Shown piece after piece: positions 35,050 to 43,985 of a stretch of 64,000 bases of DNA. The DNA is taken from assembly GCA_002712165.1 (NCBI GenBank), contig PASS01000080.1, positions 27,022 through 91,021 on the forward strand. The letters are read 5' to 3'. How positions within the stretch are numbered: the first letter of the stretch is position 1; every line of letters begins with the position of its first letter. The position numbers and the translations under genes are program-made. This DNA comes from Fidelibacterota bacterium. GTDB lineage: Bacteria; Pseudomonadota; Alphaproteobacteria; Rhodospirillales; Rhodospirillaceae. The notes under the pieces were generated by a model that worked only from the letters and a program-made list of their open reading frames with translations, did no database searches and was not told the origin of the DNA.

Positions 35050-36053
35050 TGTCGAGTCGTAGGCGATTTCTTCACATTCTGGCAGCGATGCCTGGACTAG
35101 CCGTAACTAATCGCTATGGGTTTGCGCAGGTTGGACGTAATCTTACTGCGCAAGACGTGCATAGTTGGAATGGTACGGCTTTGGGCGCAGACGCCTACAT
35201 CAGTGTGGCGCATGCGGATGCGTCAGAAGGAGCCAAAATCCTAGCTGCATGCCAAGCTGAGATAGATTCTATCGAATCTATATTTAGTCTACACCGCGAA
35301 GAATCGACACTCTCAAGTCTGAACACGCAAGGTGAGGTCAGTTCTGGTCCAGATGATTTTTTTGAACTTCTGAGCATAAGTAAAGACATATACGCTGCGA
35401 CAGAAGGATATTTTGATCCTAGCGTGCAGCCGTTGTGGAGTATTTATGCGTCGGAGATTAAGCCGGACTTCAATAACGAAGCTCTGTTATTCGAGAAAAT
35501 ATCAGACTGCCGTCATCTTATCGGCTTTGAACAAGTAGACGTTAAACCGACTAGGATAAAATTCCGGAGACCTGGAATGGCTCTTACAATGAACGGAATC
35601 GCGCAAGGGTATTTAACAGATAAAATCGTCGCTCTTTTGCGTCGTTCTGGAATTCGTTCAGCTCTGGTACAAACAGGGGAAACATATGGTATCGGCACCC
35701 ATGCAGACGGGCATGCATGGCGCCTTGGGGTGCCAGACCCCAAAGAACCTGGACAGCTAACGCGCATTATTTCACTGGAGGACCGTGCGGTCGCGACGTC
35801 TGCGCCTATGGGTACTACTTTTGATCGTGCGGGAAGGTTCCACCATCTATTCGATCCTCATACTGGTCAGTGCGCTCGCGATTGGTCTAGTGTGACAGTA
35901 AAGGCGCCATCTGCGGCAATTGCGGACGCATTATCCACCGCTTTTTCGGCAATGCCACAAAAGATGATCCTGGATACTGTCCAGCTGCTACCTGAGGTCG
36001 GTGTTCATATGGTGGGCTCCGACGGAACCATCAGGGGATCAGGTTTGCTTTGA
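35049..36053 (+). CDS. apbE: FAD:protein FMN transferase (ApbE family), Tat-exported
   Basis: MSSRRRFLHILAAMPGLAV Tat-like signal, NGIAQGY, and AVATSAPMGTTFDRAGRFHHLFDPHTGQ. The ATG overlaps the upstream TAA by 1 nt. Confidence 0.85.
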   Translation: MSSRRRFLHILAAMPGLAVTNRYGFAQVGRNLTAQDVHSWNGTALGADAYISVAHADASEGAKILAACQAEIDSIESIFSLHREESTLSSLNTQGEVSSGPDDFFELLSISKDIYAATEGYFDPSVQPLWSIYASEIKPDFNNEALLFEKISDCRHLIGFEQVDVKPTRIKFRRPGMALTMNGIAQGYLTDKIVALLRRSGIRSALVQTGETYGIGTHADGHAWRLGVPDPKEPGQLTRIISLEDRAVATSAPMGTTFDRAGRFHHLFDPHTGQCARDWSSVTVKAPSAAIADALSTAFSAMPQKMILDTVQLLPEVGVHMVGSDGTIRGSGLL

Positions 36054-36078
36054 ATGGAGACTCTTGAATAATCGCCAT

Positions 36079-36966
36079 TCAGTGATCGTTGAGAATATTT
36101 GACGGTGCATATTGGTCGGTTAGTACTCGTGAATCTGCAGGCCAGTCCTTTTCCTGGCTTAGAAGGCTCAAGAGCCAGTGTACCTCAATCCCGTGATTAT
36201 CAAAATAAGGCTCGAGACTTTTAGCTGTTTCGGCAATGGAGCTCTGATCCGTGATAGCTCCCTCCTGCGCCCAAATGACACGGTTGGAAGACTTAAGACT
36301 GTAGAAGGGCCCAAACGCGGCTTCGTATGTGGCCGATTCGTATGGGTATAAGCTGCTCGAGGAGAAAGTATTGGCGGCTACTACGCCGCCTGGCGTGAGT
36401 AAACTTTTTACCTCTTGAAGAAACTCTACGGTCAGAAGATGTTCAGGAATGTAGTCTTCTTCAAATGCATCTAGCATTATAAGGTCATAAGTTGAGCCAC
36501 TCAAAAGTGCTTTTTTTACGAATATACGACCATCTTCCGTATGGGTGCGCAGTTTTGCATCTTCTTTATAGCCAAAGTATTTACGTGCAACACCTACAAC
36601 AGCAGGGTCAATCTCAACCACATCGAGATTCACGTTTGGTAAAATATTGCGCAATGCCATGGGTAAGGTGCCTCCGCCGAGACCAATAATAAGGATGCGG
36701 CTTGGGTCTGGCACCATGGCGAGCACACCCAACATCATTCGGGTGTATGGAAAAACAAAACGATCAGGGTCTCTCAAATCTTTGCATGTTTGCCTATCCT
36801 GAATCGAGATGCGGCGAAAGGTTAGGCACCTTAGGCCATCGTACTCTGTCACGAATATATTTCTATACATCGATTTCTCTGAATGGATGACTCTATCGTC
36901 TGTATATCCACATGCTACGAGAAGAAATGCTGCCGATAATATAGTCGCAATGTCGCGAATATTCAT
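36079..36966 (-). CDS. spermidine-synthase-fold (SpeE-like methyltransferase-fold) protein with a lipoprotein-type signal
   Basis: MNIRDIATILSAAFLLVAC lipobox. IIGLGGGTL and VVEIDP motifs of the SpeE/class I MTase fold. ATG 36966 lies 4 nt after the upstream stop. Confidence 0.7.
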   Translation of the reverse strand: MNIRDIATILSAAFLLVACGYTDDRVIHSEKSMYRNIFVTEYDGLRCLTFRRISIQDRQTCKDLRDPDRFVFPYTRMMLGVLAMVPDPSRILIIGLGGGTLPMALRNILPNVNLDVVEIDPAVVGVARKYFGYKEDAKLRTHTEDGRIFVKKALLSGSTYDLIMLDAFEEDYIPEHLLTVEFLQEVKSLLTPGGVVAANTFSSSSLYPYESATYEAAFGPFYSLKSSNRVIWAQEGAITDQSSIAETAKSLEPYFDNHGIEVHWLLSLLSQEKDWPADSRVLTDQYAPSNILNDH

Positions 36967-36970
36967 GTCA

Positions 36971-37561
36971 CTACTCTTTACGTGACAATGCAAATGCACC
37001 GATGGCCATAAGCATTGCTGTTGACATGAGGAGGATGACGATCTGGTTCACCTCAAAAATCAATACAAAGTAAAACGAGGTTAGTAGTGTTCCGGCTGCA
37101 CTGAAAGCGGTCGAGAAGAAAAAAAGTAGACCTGCATAAAAACCGGCTGCATTAGCCTCACTCACAAGTAGACGTACTGCATATGGCGAAATCGCTCCGC
37201 ATAAAACCGCTGGCGCAAAGAAGAGAATAACGCAAGATATCAGAGAGCCGGTGCGAGGGTCTTGGGTAAAAGCAAAGACCATGTCCAAAACTGGATTAGC
37301 GAAGGCGATAATGGGTAATAGCGAGACGCCTGACAGGAAGTGCATGATGCAAAGCGTTCGAATTTTGGGTTGAGCAAGAGACATGCGCCCGCCCACTAGG
37401 TAACCCACCGATAGTGCCAACATAAAAACAGTGATCACTGCACCCCATACATAAATACTATTTCCAAATGTGGGCGCGAGAATTCGACCACTCAGAATTT
37501 CGAGACCCATGACCATGAATCCTGACCAGCAGGCAACAGTAAGAATTGCTAATGTTTTCAT
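36971..37561 (-). CDS. polytopic membrane protein resembling the membrane half of 'fused MFS/spermidine synthase' proteins
   Basis: 196 aa with about 6 hydrophobic helices, immediately upstream of the SpeE-fold gene. Confidence 0.6.
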   Translation of the reverse strand: MKTLAILTVACWSGFMVMGLEILSGRILAPTFGNSIYVWGAVITVFMLALSVGYLVGGRMSLAQPKIRTLCIMHFLSGVSLLPIIAFANPVLDMVFAFTQDPRTGSLISCVILFFAPAVLCGAISPYAVRLLVSEANAAGFYAGLLFFFSTAFSAAGTLLTSFYFVLIFEVNQIVILLMSTAMLMAIGAFALSRKE

Positions 37562-37868
37562 AGCTTTAATTGTATATATGGAGCTGGAATTTGACGATTA
37601 AAAATGTGGGGCATAGCAGGCACATCCTTATCTAAAGCATAATTTTAGTGTCTTGCGTTTGCTAGGGCCATCCCGTGCTTGCTTATCGTAGGGGGGTTTG
37701 GGTCAGTATTCTGGCGCAAGAGCGTAATAGCAACGATAGCCTTGCGTACTTCTATATGATAACATATTGTAATGAAATGAATTTTCCCGTTTGGGCTGGC
37801 AGCTAAATAGAGCTAAATACAGAGCGTGAATCGGAGCGCGCGAGTCGCCTCATAGAGGACGGTTAAAT

Positions 37869-38816
37869 ATGAAAATTTTGCTTGCCCAACCGAGGGGCTT
37901 TTGTGCCGGTGTCGTTCGTGCTGTAGAAATTGTGGAACTGGCGCTGAAGAAATACGGGCCGCCAGTCTACGTGCGCCACGAGATCGTCCATAACAAGCGT
38001 GTTGTCGAAGACCTCAGGGCCAAGGGTGCAGTTTTTGTTGATGAGGTCGACGCCATTCCAGCTGGCGCGATCACGGTATTTTCTGCCCATGGAGTTTCTC
38101 GAAAAGTGGTCAGCGATTCTGGTGATCGCGGCCTCGAAGTGATCGATGCTACATGTCCACTAGTGGCGCGTGTGCATACTGAAGGCCAACGCTATGCGAT
38201 GGCAGGCCATGAGGTTGTGCTGATCGGACACGCCGGCCATGCTGAGGTTGAGGGAACTCTTGGCCAGATTGACGGTACGGTGCATTTAGTAGGTTCTCTT
38301 GGGGATGTAGAGAAGTTAGAAGTCAAAGATCCTGACAGGCTGGCCTATGTTACCCAAACCACTCTTTCCGTTGATGACACCCGGGAAATTATTAGTACTC
38401 TCAAGGATAGATTTCCAAAAATTCATGGTCCGGATGTGAAAGATATTTGTTATGCGACTCAGAATCGCCAGCAAGCAGTTAGAGATCTTGCTCAGAAAGC
38501 CGATATTATATTAGTTCTCGGCGCCAAAAATAGCTCCAACTCCAACCGATTAAGAGAGATTGGTGCAGACCTAGACGTTCCCAGTTATCTTATTGACGAT
38601 GCTGAAGGGCTTAAGGCCGAATGGCTGGAAGGCAAGTCTGTTGTCGGTATTACAGCCGGGGCTTCCGCGCCCGAGGCACTGGTTGATGAATTGATTTCCA
38701 AATTGTCTACTTTGTGCGAAACCGAAGTGGAGATGCTTGACGGAGTGACCGAGAACATTCACTTCAAACTTCCGCGTCAATTACGCGGGTTTGTCAACTC
38801 ACCCGTTTCCGCTTGA
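37869..38816 (+). CDS. ispH: 4-hydroxy-3-methylbut-2-enyl diphosphate reductase
   Basis: [23 protein letters not shown], and conserved Cys at CAGV, ATCPLV and CYATQNRQ. Confidence 0.95.
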   Translation: MKILLAQPRGFCAGVVRAVEIVELALKKYGPPVYVRHEIVHNKRVVEDLRAKGAVFVDEVDAIPAGAITVFSAHGVSRKVVSDSGDRGLEVIDATCPLVARVHTEGQRYAMAGHEVVLIGHAGHAEVEGTLGQIDGTVHLVGSLGDVEKLEVKDPDRLAYVTQTTLSVDDTREIISTLKDRFPKIHGPDVKDICYATQNRQQAVRDLAQKADIILVLGAKNSSNSNRLREIGADLDVPSYLIDDAEGLKAEWLEGKSVVGITAGASAPEALVDELISKLSTLCETEVEMLDGVTENIHFKLPRQLRGFVNSPVSA

Positions 38817-38846
38817 TTATTTTATTTAGTAAAAAGGTTTAAACCA

Positions 38847-39992
38847 GTGGCGGTTCCTCTAATCCAACAGATCCGTGTCGGCGCCTATGTAGTTGGGCAG
38901 AAACTGCGCGGCAACGAGCGTTATCCTTTAGTGCTAATGCTTGAGCCGTTATTTCGATGTAATCTTGCCTGTTCGGGATGTGGTAAAATTGACTACCCTG
39001 ATAGCATCTTAAACAAGCGTCTAACTCCCCAAGAATGCTTTGATGCAGTAGACGAATGTGGCGCGCCAATGGTTTCTATACCAGGAGGCGAACCATTGCT
39101 GCATAAGGAGATTAAGGAAATTGTAGACGGAATCATTGCTCGTAAGAAATTTGTTTATCTCTGTACCAATGCACTTCTTTTAAAAAAGAAACTACATTTG
39201 TTTACTCCATCCTCGTACCTTACTTTGTCCATTCACCTCGACGGCCTAAAGGATGAGCACGACCATGCTGTCTCTCAAGAAGGTGTGTTTGATAGAGCTG
39301 TTGAGGCTATTAAAGAAGCGGTCGATCGTGGTTTTCGCGTCACTGTTAACTGCACACTCTTTACTAACGCAGAGCCAGATAAAGTTGCTGCTTTTTTTGA
39401 TTATGTGAGCACCCTGGGAACGGAGGGCATTACAGTATCTCCCGGTTATGCTTACGAGCGTGCCCCGGTTCAAGACCATTTCCTAAGCCGCCGCCAAACC
39501 AAGGATCTGTTCCGCGATATTTTCCGCATGGGTAAGAGAAGGACTCAGAAATGGCGTTTCAACCAATCTAGCCTATTTCTCGATTTTCTCGCCGGTAACC
39601 AGACCTATAAGTGTATGCCTTGGGGCAATCCGGCCCGTAATGTCTTTGGCTGGCAGAAGCCTTGCTATCTCTTAGGTGAAGGCTTTGTTGGCAGTTTTAA
39701 AGAATTGATGGAAACGACCGATTGGGATGCATACGGAACGGGGAACTATGAGAAATGTGCTAACTGCATGGCCCATTGCGGCTATGAGCCTACGTCCGTG
39801 GTTGATACTGTCAGCCATCCACTTAAAGCCCTGAAGGTCTTCATGCGCGGAGTGGATACCGAAACGCCGATGGCCGAAGAGATTTCTTTGGAAGGCCAGC
39901 GGCCAGCGGAATACGTTTTTGAAAAGCAGGTAAAGTCTTTTGTGGACCTACCCAAAGGCACGGAACATACCAATCAAGCCAAAGCTAGCTAA
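38847..39992 (+). CDS. hpnH: adenosylhopane synthase, radical SAM protein HpnH
   Basis: CNLACSGC (Cx3Cx2C) and overall HpnH-like sequence, located in a hopanoid cluster. GTG start. Confidence 0.9.
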   Translation: MAVPLIQQIRVGAYVVGQKLRGNERYPLVLMLEPLFRCNLACSGCGKIDYPDSILNKRLTPQECFDAVDECGAPMVSIPGGEPLLHKEIKEIVDGIIARKKFVYLCTNALLLKKKLHLFTPSSYLTLSIHLDGLKDEHDHAVSQEGVFDRAVEAIKEAVDRGFRVTVNCTLFTNAEPDKVAAFFDYVSTLGTEGITVSPGYAYERAPVQDHFLSRRQTKDLFRDIFRMGKRRTQKWRFNQSSLFLDFLAGNQTYKCMPWGNPARNVFGWQKPCYLLGEGFVGSFKELMETTDWDAYGTGNYEKCANCMAHCGYEPTSVVDTVSHPLKALKVFMRGVDTETPMAEEISLEGQRPAEYVFEKQVKSFVDLPKGTEHTNQAKAS

Positions 39993-40646
39993 GCTCTCTA
40001 GAACTTGTCTGGCCTCTGCTGTCCGTCTTGCAAGGCGTACTAGGTCTGGAATTTGGCTTGGATTAGCTGAGGATTGAAAAGCTGTAGCTAATATTCTTAT
40101 GCGCCCGTTATTACCCATCGCTGATATAGCAATCGGAGGAATAGTTACATCCGCAGTGTCGCATATAACTCGCAGGGCGACGAATGGAAGGCCTTTTTCA
40201 GCTGCAGCCTCAGCAATGCCAGAACTTTCCATATCAATTGCAGCTGCACCGCTGGAGCGAAATAAGGCTAATTTTTCAGTAGTTGTAGAAAGTACACTTT
40301 TAGCCCCAGCTAGCGGCGCATATCTCGCATCAAAGTCGGGCTTTAGCGATTTATAGAGTCTAGTGGACCACTGCTCATCGCAATTCTGCTTACTACCATT
40401 GGCCAGCCCTGTGGCAATGATGACTGTGCCCGTGGCCAAACCTGGGTCTAGTCCCCCAGAGATGCCGAAGCTTAGCAGCGCTTCTGAGCCTTGGTCCGCC
40501 AATATTGAAGCTGCAGTGCGGGCGCGGGACGGTCCTGGTCCTGAGCATGCAATTAAAGGCGCGTTTGCTGGTAAAGTTTGCTTCACCGCCCGCTTTATAA
40601 TCGCTGCCTCAAATGCAAGGCCGCATACAATGCCAAGTTTTGTCAT
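39948..40646 (-). CDS. hpnG: hopanoid-associated phosphorylase/nucleosidase (PNP_UDP_1 family)
   Basis: MTA/SAH-nucleosidase-like fold (KLGIVCGLAFEA, IDMESSG) directly downstream of shc. Confidence 0.75.
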   Translation of the reverse strand: MTKLGIVCGLAFEAAIIKRAVKQTLPANAPLIACSGPGPSRARTAASILADQGSEALLSFGISGGLDPGLATGTVIIATGLANGSKQNCDEQWSTRLYKSLKPDFDARYAPLAGAKSVLSTTTEKLALFRSSGAAAIDMESSGIAEAAAEKGLPFVALRVICDTADVTIPPIAISAMGNNGRIRILATAFQSSANPSQIPDLVRLARRTAEARQVLESLASFGLIGMFRAFG

Positions 40647-40711
40647 GTGATAGTTTTGGCGCGAGGAGAGGGTTCTGTCGAGGCTAGAATGCCAGAATGA
40701 GGCTTTTCATA

Positions 40712-42664
40712 CTACATACCGTAACGAACAGATTTGGTATTGCTGGCTTTGAGATTGCGGTAACGGGCCAGTGCCCACAGGGGGAAGATAGCAGAATAGC
40801 CATGGTAGCGAAGGTAAAATACACGCGGGAAACCCACCGCTGTAAACCAAGGCTCTTTCCACCGTCCATCCTTCTCACGCGGGGCAGAAGTGATATATTC
40901 AACCCCGCGTTTTACGGCTGTATGATCAACTTCACCTGCAGCCATCAGGCCTAGCACTGCCCAAGCAGTCTGCGATGGTGTACTCTCTTTTCGTTCATAC
41001 CTACGCTCTTTCCAATAGGTAGCCCCATCTTCGCCCCACCCGCCGTCGGTATTCTGGTGTTGAATTAACCAATCTACGGCCTTGCGGATATAAGATTGAG
41101 ACATATCTTCGCCCGCGGCGTTTAGAGCATTAAGCACAGACCATGTGCCATAGATATAGTTTGTACCCCAGCGGCCGAACCAGCTTCCGTCCTTTTCTTG
41201 ATCTGTTTTTAAGTAGTCGATACCTCGGGAAATAGATTTATGATCCCTTTCTCTTCCTATCTGAGCAAGAAAGCTGATACAGCGAGCAGAAACATCGGCA
41301 GTCGGTGGGTCTAGTAGTGCTCCATGGTCTGCGAAGGGTAGGTAGTTTAGATAAGAATTAATGTTATCTATATCGAATGCGCCCCAGCCACCGTTAGAGC
41401 TTTGCATGCCAATGATCCATTCTTCGGCGCGCGCAATAGATTTGGCATACTTTTTACTATCGGCACGGTGCAACGCCATACCGACTACAGCTGTGTCATC
41501 AACATCCGGATAATAGTCGTTGTTGTACTGGAATGCCCAGCCGCCAGGTCGCAGATTAGGCCGCTGCATGGCCCAGTCGCCTTTTACATCGAGGATTTGT
41601 CGGTCTATTAGCCAGTCACAACTGTTCATAATGTTTGTGTCGTGAATTGATTCATTCGTTTCCATCAAAGCCTGCACAGCAAGGCCTGTATCCCAGACGG
41701 GCGAGACGCATGGTTGGCAAAACTTCTTACCTTCACCGGGCGTAAGCAAAAGTTTTATAGATTTTTTTGCTATTAATAGATTCGGATCATCTTTAGAAAA
41801 CCCTAGCGCCTCCATTGCCATCACAGCATTAGCCATGGCTGGGAAAATTGCTCCTAATCCGCTGGCACCATTTAATCGTTCGGTAATAAACATGACTGCC
41901 CGGTTGATAGCCCGCTTACGTAGAGCGTTTGGTACATGAGGATCGATCACTCTCAGAACTTTGTCGATTATTAAAAAAACGCTACCAAACCAATGTCCTG
42001 TTGAGTTCTCTAAGTAGTTTTTTATTTTCTCTGGTGGGATGCAAAATAATTCTTGTACATCTACTCCACGCGGATTCTTTGCCTGCGGCTTGAGTGCAGC
42101 GAGAATTAGAAGTGGCGCAATTACCGTGCGTGACCAATAAGAGACTCTGTATAGAGTGATTGGAAACCACTTAGGTGCCAAAGCCAATTCTACTGGCATT
42201 ACTGGAACGGCCCGCCAAGGCACTTCGCCGAATAGCGCTAATGAGTAACGTGTGAATATATTACTTTTTTCTGCACCGCCATACGCCAGTACGGCATCAC
42301 GCGCCTTTAGCATATGGGGTGCATTAATGTCATCACCTACTAATTTTAAAGCAAAATATGCCTTTACCGTTGCACTTATATCAAAGTCGCCATCATGAAA
42401 TAGTGGCCAGCCACCGTGGTCTGCTTGGGTATTACGGATATAATCGGCGAGATCTACTTCGATATCGTCTTCGACTTCATCGAGATAATGGTTAAGCAAT
42501 ATGTATTCGGCTGGAATGGTGGCGTCTGCCTCTAGATCAAAAACCCAGTGGCCATCCGTTTTCTGTCTAGCTTTCATCGACTCCGAAGAATCTATGATGA
42601 TCTGATCAAGAGAAAGTGACTTACTGTCACGCGTTTTAGCATGGGCTGTCACATCAATATTCAT
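40712..42664 (-). CDS. shc: squalene-hopene cyclase
   Basis: 650 aa with the catalytic DVDDTA motif (YPDVDDTAVVG) and multiple QW repeats (e.g. DGGWG, DGSWFGRWG). Confidence 0.95.
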   Translation of the reverse strand: MNIDVTAHAKTRDSKSLSLDQIIIDSSESMKARQKTDGHWVFDLEADATIPAEYILLNHYLDEVEDDIEVDLADYIRNTQADHGGWPLFHDGDFDISATVKAYFALKLVGDDINAPHMLKARDAVLAYGGAEKSNIFTRYSLALFGEVPWRAVPVMPVELALAPKWFPITLYRVSYWSRTVIAPLLILAALKPQAKNPRGVDVQELFCIPPEKIKNYLENSTGHWFGSVFLIIDKVLRVIDPHVPNALRKRAINRAVMFITERLNGASGLGAIFPAMANAVMAMEALGFSKDDPNLLIAKKSIKLLLTPGEGKKFCQPCVSPVWDTGLAVQALMETNESIHDTNIMNSCDWLIDRQILDVKGDWAMQRPNLRPGGWAFQYNNDYYPDVDDTAVVGMALHRADSKKYAKSIARAEEWIIGMQSSNGGWGAFDIDNINSYLNYLPFADHGALLDPPTADVSARCISFLAQIGRERDHKSISRGIDYLKTDQEKDGSWFGRWGTNYIYGTWSVLNALNAAGEDMSQSYIRKAVDWLIQHQNTDGGWGEDGATYWKERRYERKESTPSQTAWAVLGLMAAGEVDHTAVKRGVEYITSAPREKDGRWKEPWFTAVGFPRVFYLRYHGYSAIFPLWALARYRNLKASNTKSVRYGM

Positions 42665-42684
42665 TGTCAGGCAGCTTCTGTTTG

Positions 42685-43980
42685 TTAATTTGGAGGCGAC
42701 GAGGTGGTTTTGCTGTGGTGTTTCGCCACGAAAGTTGCTGCCTGAAAGCCAGACCGCACCGCCCCCTCTATAGTTGCGGGAATACCTGTAGCCGTCCAGT
42801 CACCCGCAATCAAGAGATTCGCATAATTTGTGACTGTTTTTGGTCGAAAAGAAAGGGTATCTGTGGTTTGGGCAAAGGTTGCTCGCCGCTCTTTAACCAC
42901 CCTAGAGGGTGGCTCTGGGCTTGCGAGGTTCAACGCCCTTTCCACGTCTTGCCAGCAGGTGCGGGTGATAAAATCTGTAGTTTGATCAATCATACCGTTA
43001 GCTGCGCTGATGGTGACTGATGCGAGGTTTTTGCGCACGAAAATCCAATGAGCGGTCCCACCTATAACACCGATGATACGAAAGGTTTCGTCAAGGGTAG
43101 GTATATTTGGAAGTCTGTAATGAACATTAAGAATGGGCTCACCTGGGGGCGGCACATTTAGATCTGGAACCAATGTCTCTGCGATCCAGGGTGGTACAGC
43201 TAAAATCACTATGTCGCTTGGTGCTACAACAATGCTTTTACTATCTAGCTCTAAACTAGAAATTCTATTACCGGTGTATGTAAAAGCTTTGATGCGGGCA
43301 CCAAATCGAATATTGGCTCCTCTACCCGTCAGTAGTTTTATAGCTGGTTCAATTAGAGTATCGGCAAGACAATGCCGTGCCACTAATGGGCGACAAGCTT
43401 GTGATCCGCGCAGGAATGTTTCCATTAATACAGGTCTCATTAGCTTTGCTGCGGCTTTTCGTGGGTCTGTATTGAGAACAGCTAAAGTAAGGGGCTCCCA
43501 GAAATTACGATAGAGGGAGCCTTTGGTGCCCACGCAGTCTGCGACAGTTTCTTGCGGCTTGGCATCGAGAATGCGGAGGGCAGAAAAATAATCCCAAGGT
43601 GAGGTTTTTGGTACACGGCGGCTTGCATCGAAAATCCACCATGGTATTGGCCCAGCGCTTGGCTTAAGGCACCAATGCTCGTTTGTTGTCAAATCTACAA
43701 ATGGAAAGGTTTTATCACTCGCGCCAATAAGTTGGTCTGATGCGCCGATGAGAGAAAGGTATTCCAATATAGCGTAGTTGCCGCCCATCATCAAATGGTT
43801 GCCGTTGTCAATAGTACAGCCTAACTGCGGGTCATGGAAGGACCTGCAGCGACCACCTGCGCGTGGTGCAGATTCATAGATGCTAATGCTCTGCGATTCT
43901 TGCGATAGATGCACAGCCGCCGCTAGCCCTGCTATACCAGCTCCGATTATATGAACATGAGAATTTTTAAATACAGTCAC
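42685..43980 (-). CDS. hpnE: hydroxysqualene dehydroxylase (FAD-dependent amine-oxidase family)
   Basis: HIIGAGIAGLAAA dinucleotide-binding motif. GTG 43980 lies 3 nt after the hpnD stop. The longer track ORF would overlap hpnD by 91 nt. Confidence 0.85.
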   Translation of the reverse strand: MTVFKNSHVHIIGAGIAGLAAAVHLSQESQSISIYESAPRAGGRCRSFHDPQLGCTIDNGNHLMMGGNYAILEYLSLIGASDQLIGASDKTFPFVDLTTNEHWCLKPSAGPIPWWIFDASRRVPKTSPWDYFSALRILDAKPQETVADCVGTKGSLYRNFWEPLTLAVLNTDPRKAAAKLMRPVLMETFLRGSQACRPLVARHCLADTLIEPAIKLLTGRGANIRFGARIKAFTYTGNRISSLELDSKSIVVAPSDIVILAVPPWIAETLVPDLNVPPPGEPILNVHYRLPNIPTLDETFRIIGVIGGTAHWIFVRKNLASVTISAANGMIDQTTDFITRTCWQDVERALNLASPEPPSRVVKERRATFAQTTDTLSFRPKTVTNYANLLIAGDWTATGIPATIEGAVRSGFQAATFVAKHHSKTTSSPPN

Positions 43981-43985
43981 AGTAG

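Noticed and set aside
36964-36999. A frameshifted pseudogene of a fused MFS/spermidine-synthase gene.
   Set aside because: The two ORFs are in different frames, but the downstream one has its own ATG 4 nt after the upstream stop and a coherent signal/lipobox. It is more simply read as two coupled genes, and is reported as a finding instead.
24399-37561. A genomic island integrated at tRNA-Phe, since a block of exported and unknown-function genes starts right after the tRNA.
   Set aside because: There is no integrase, transposase or phage gene. I found no direct repeat of the tRNA 3' end downstream, and no obvious compositional break by eye. I treat it as a chromosomal accessory-like block, not a demonstrable mobile element.
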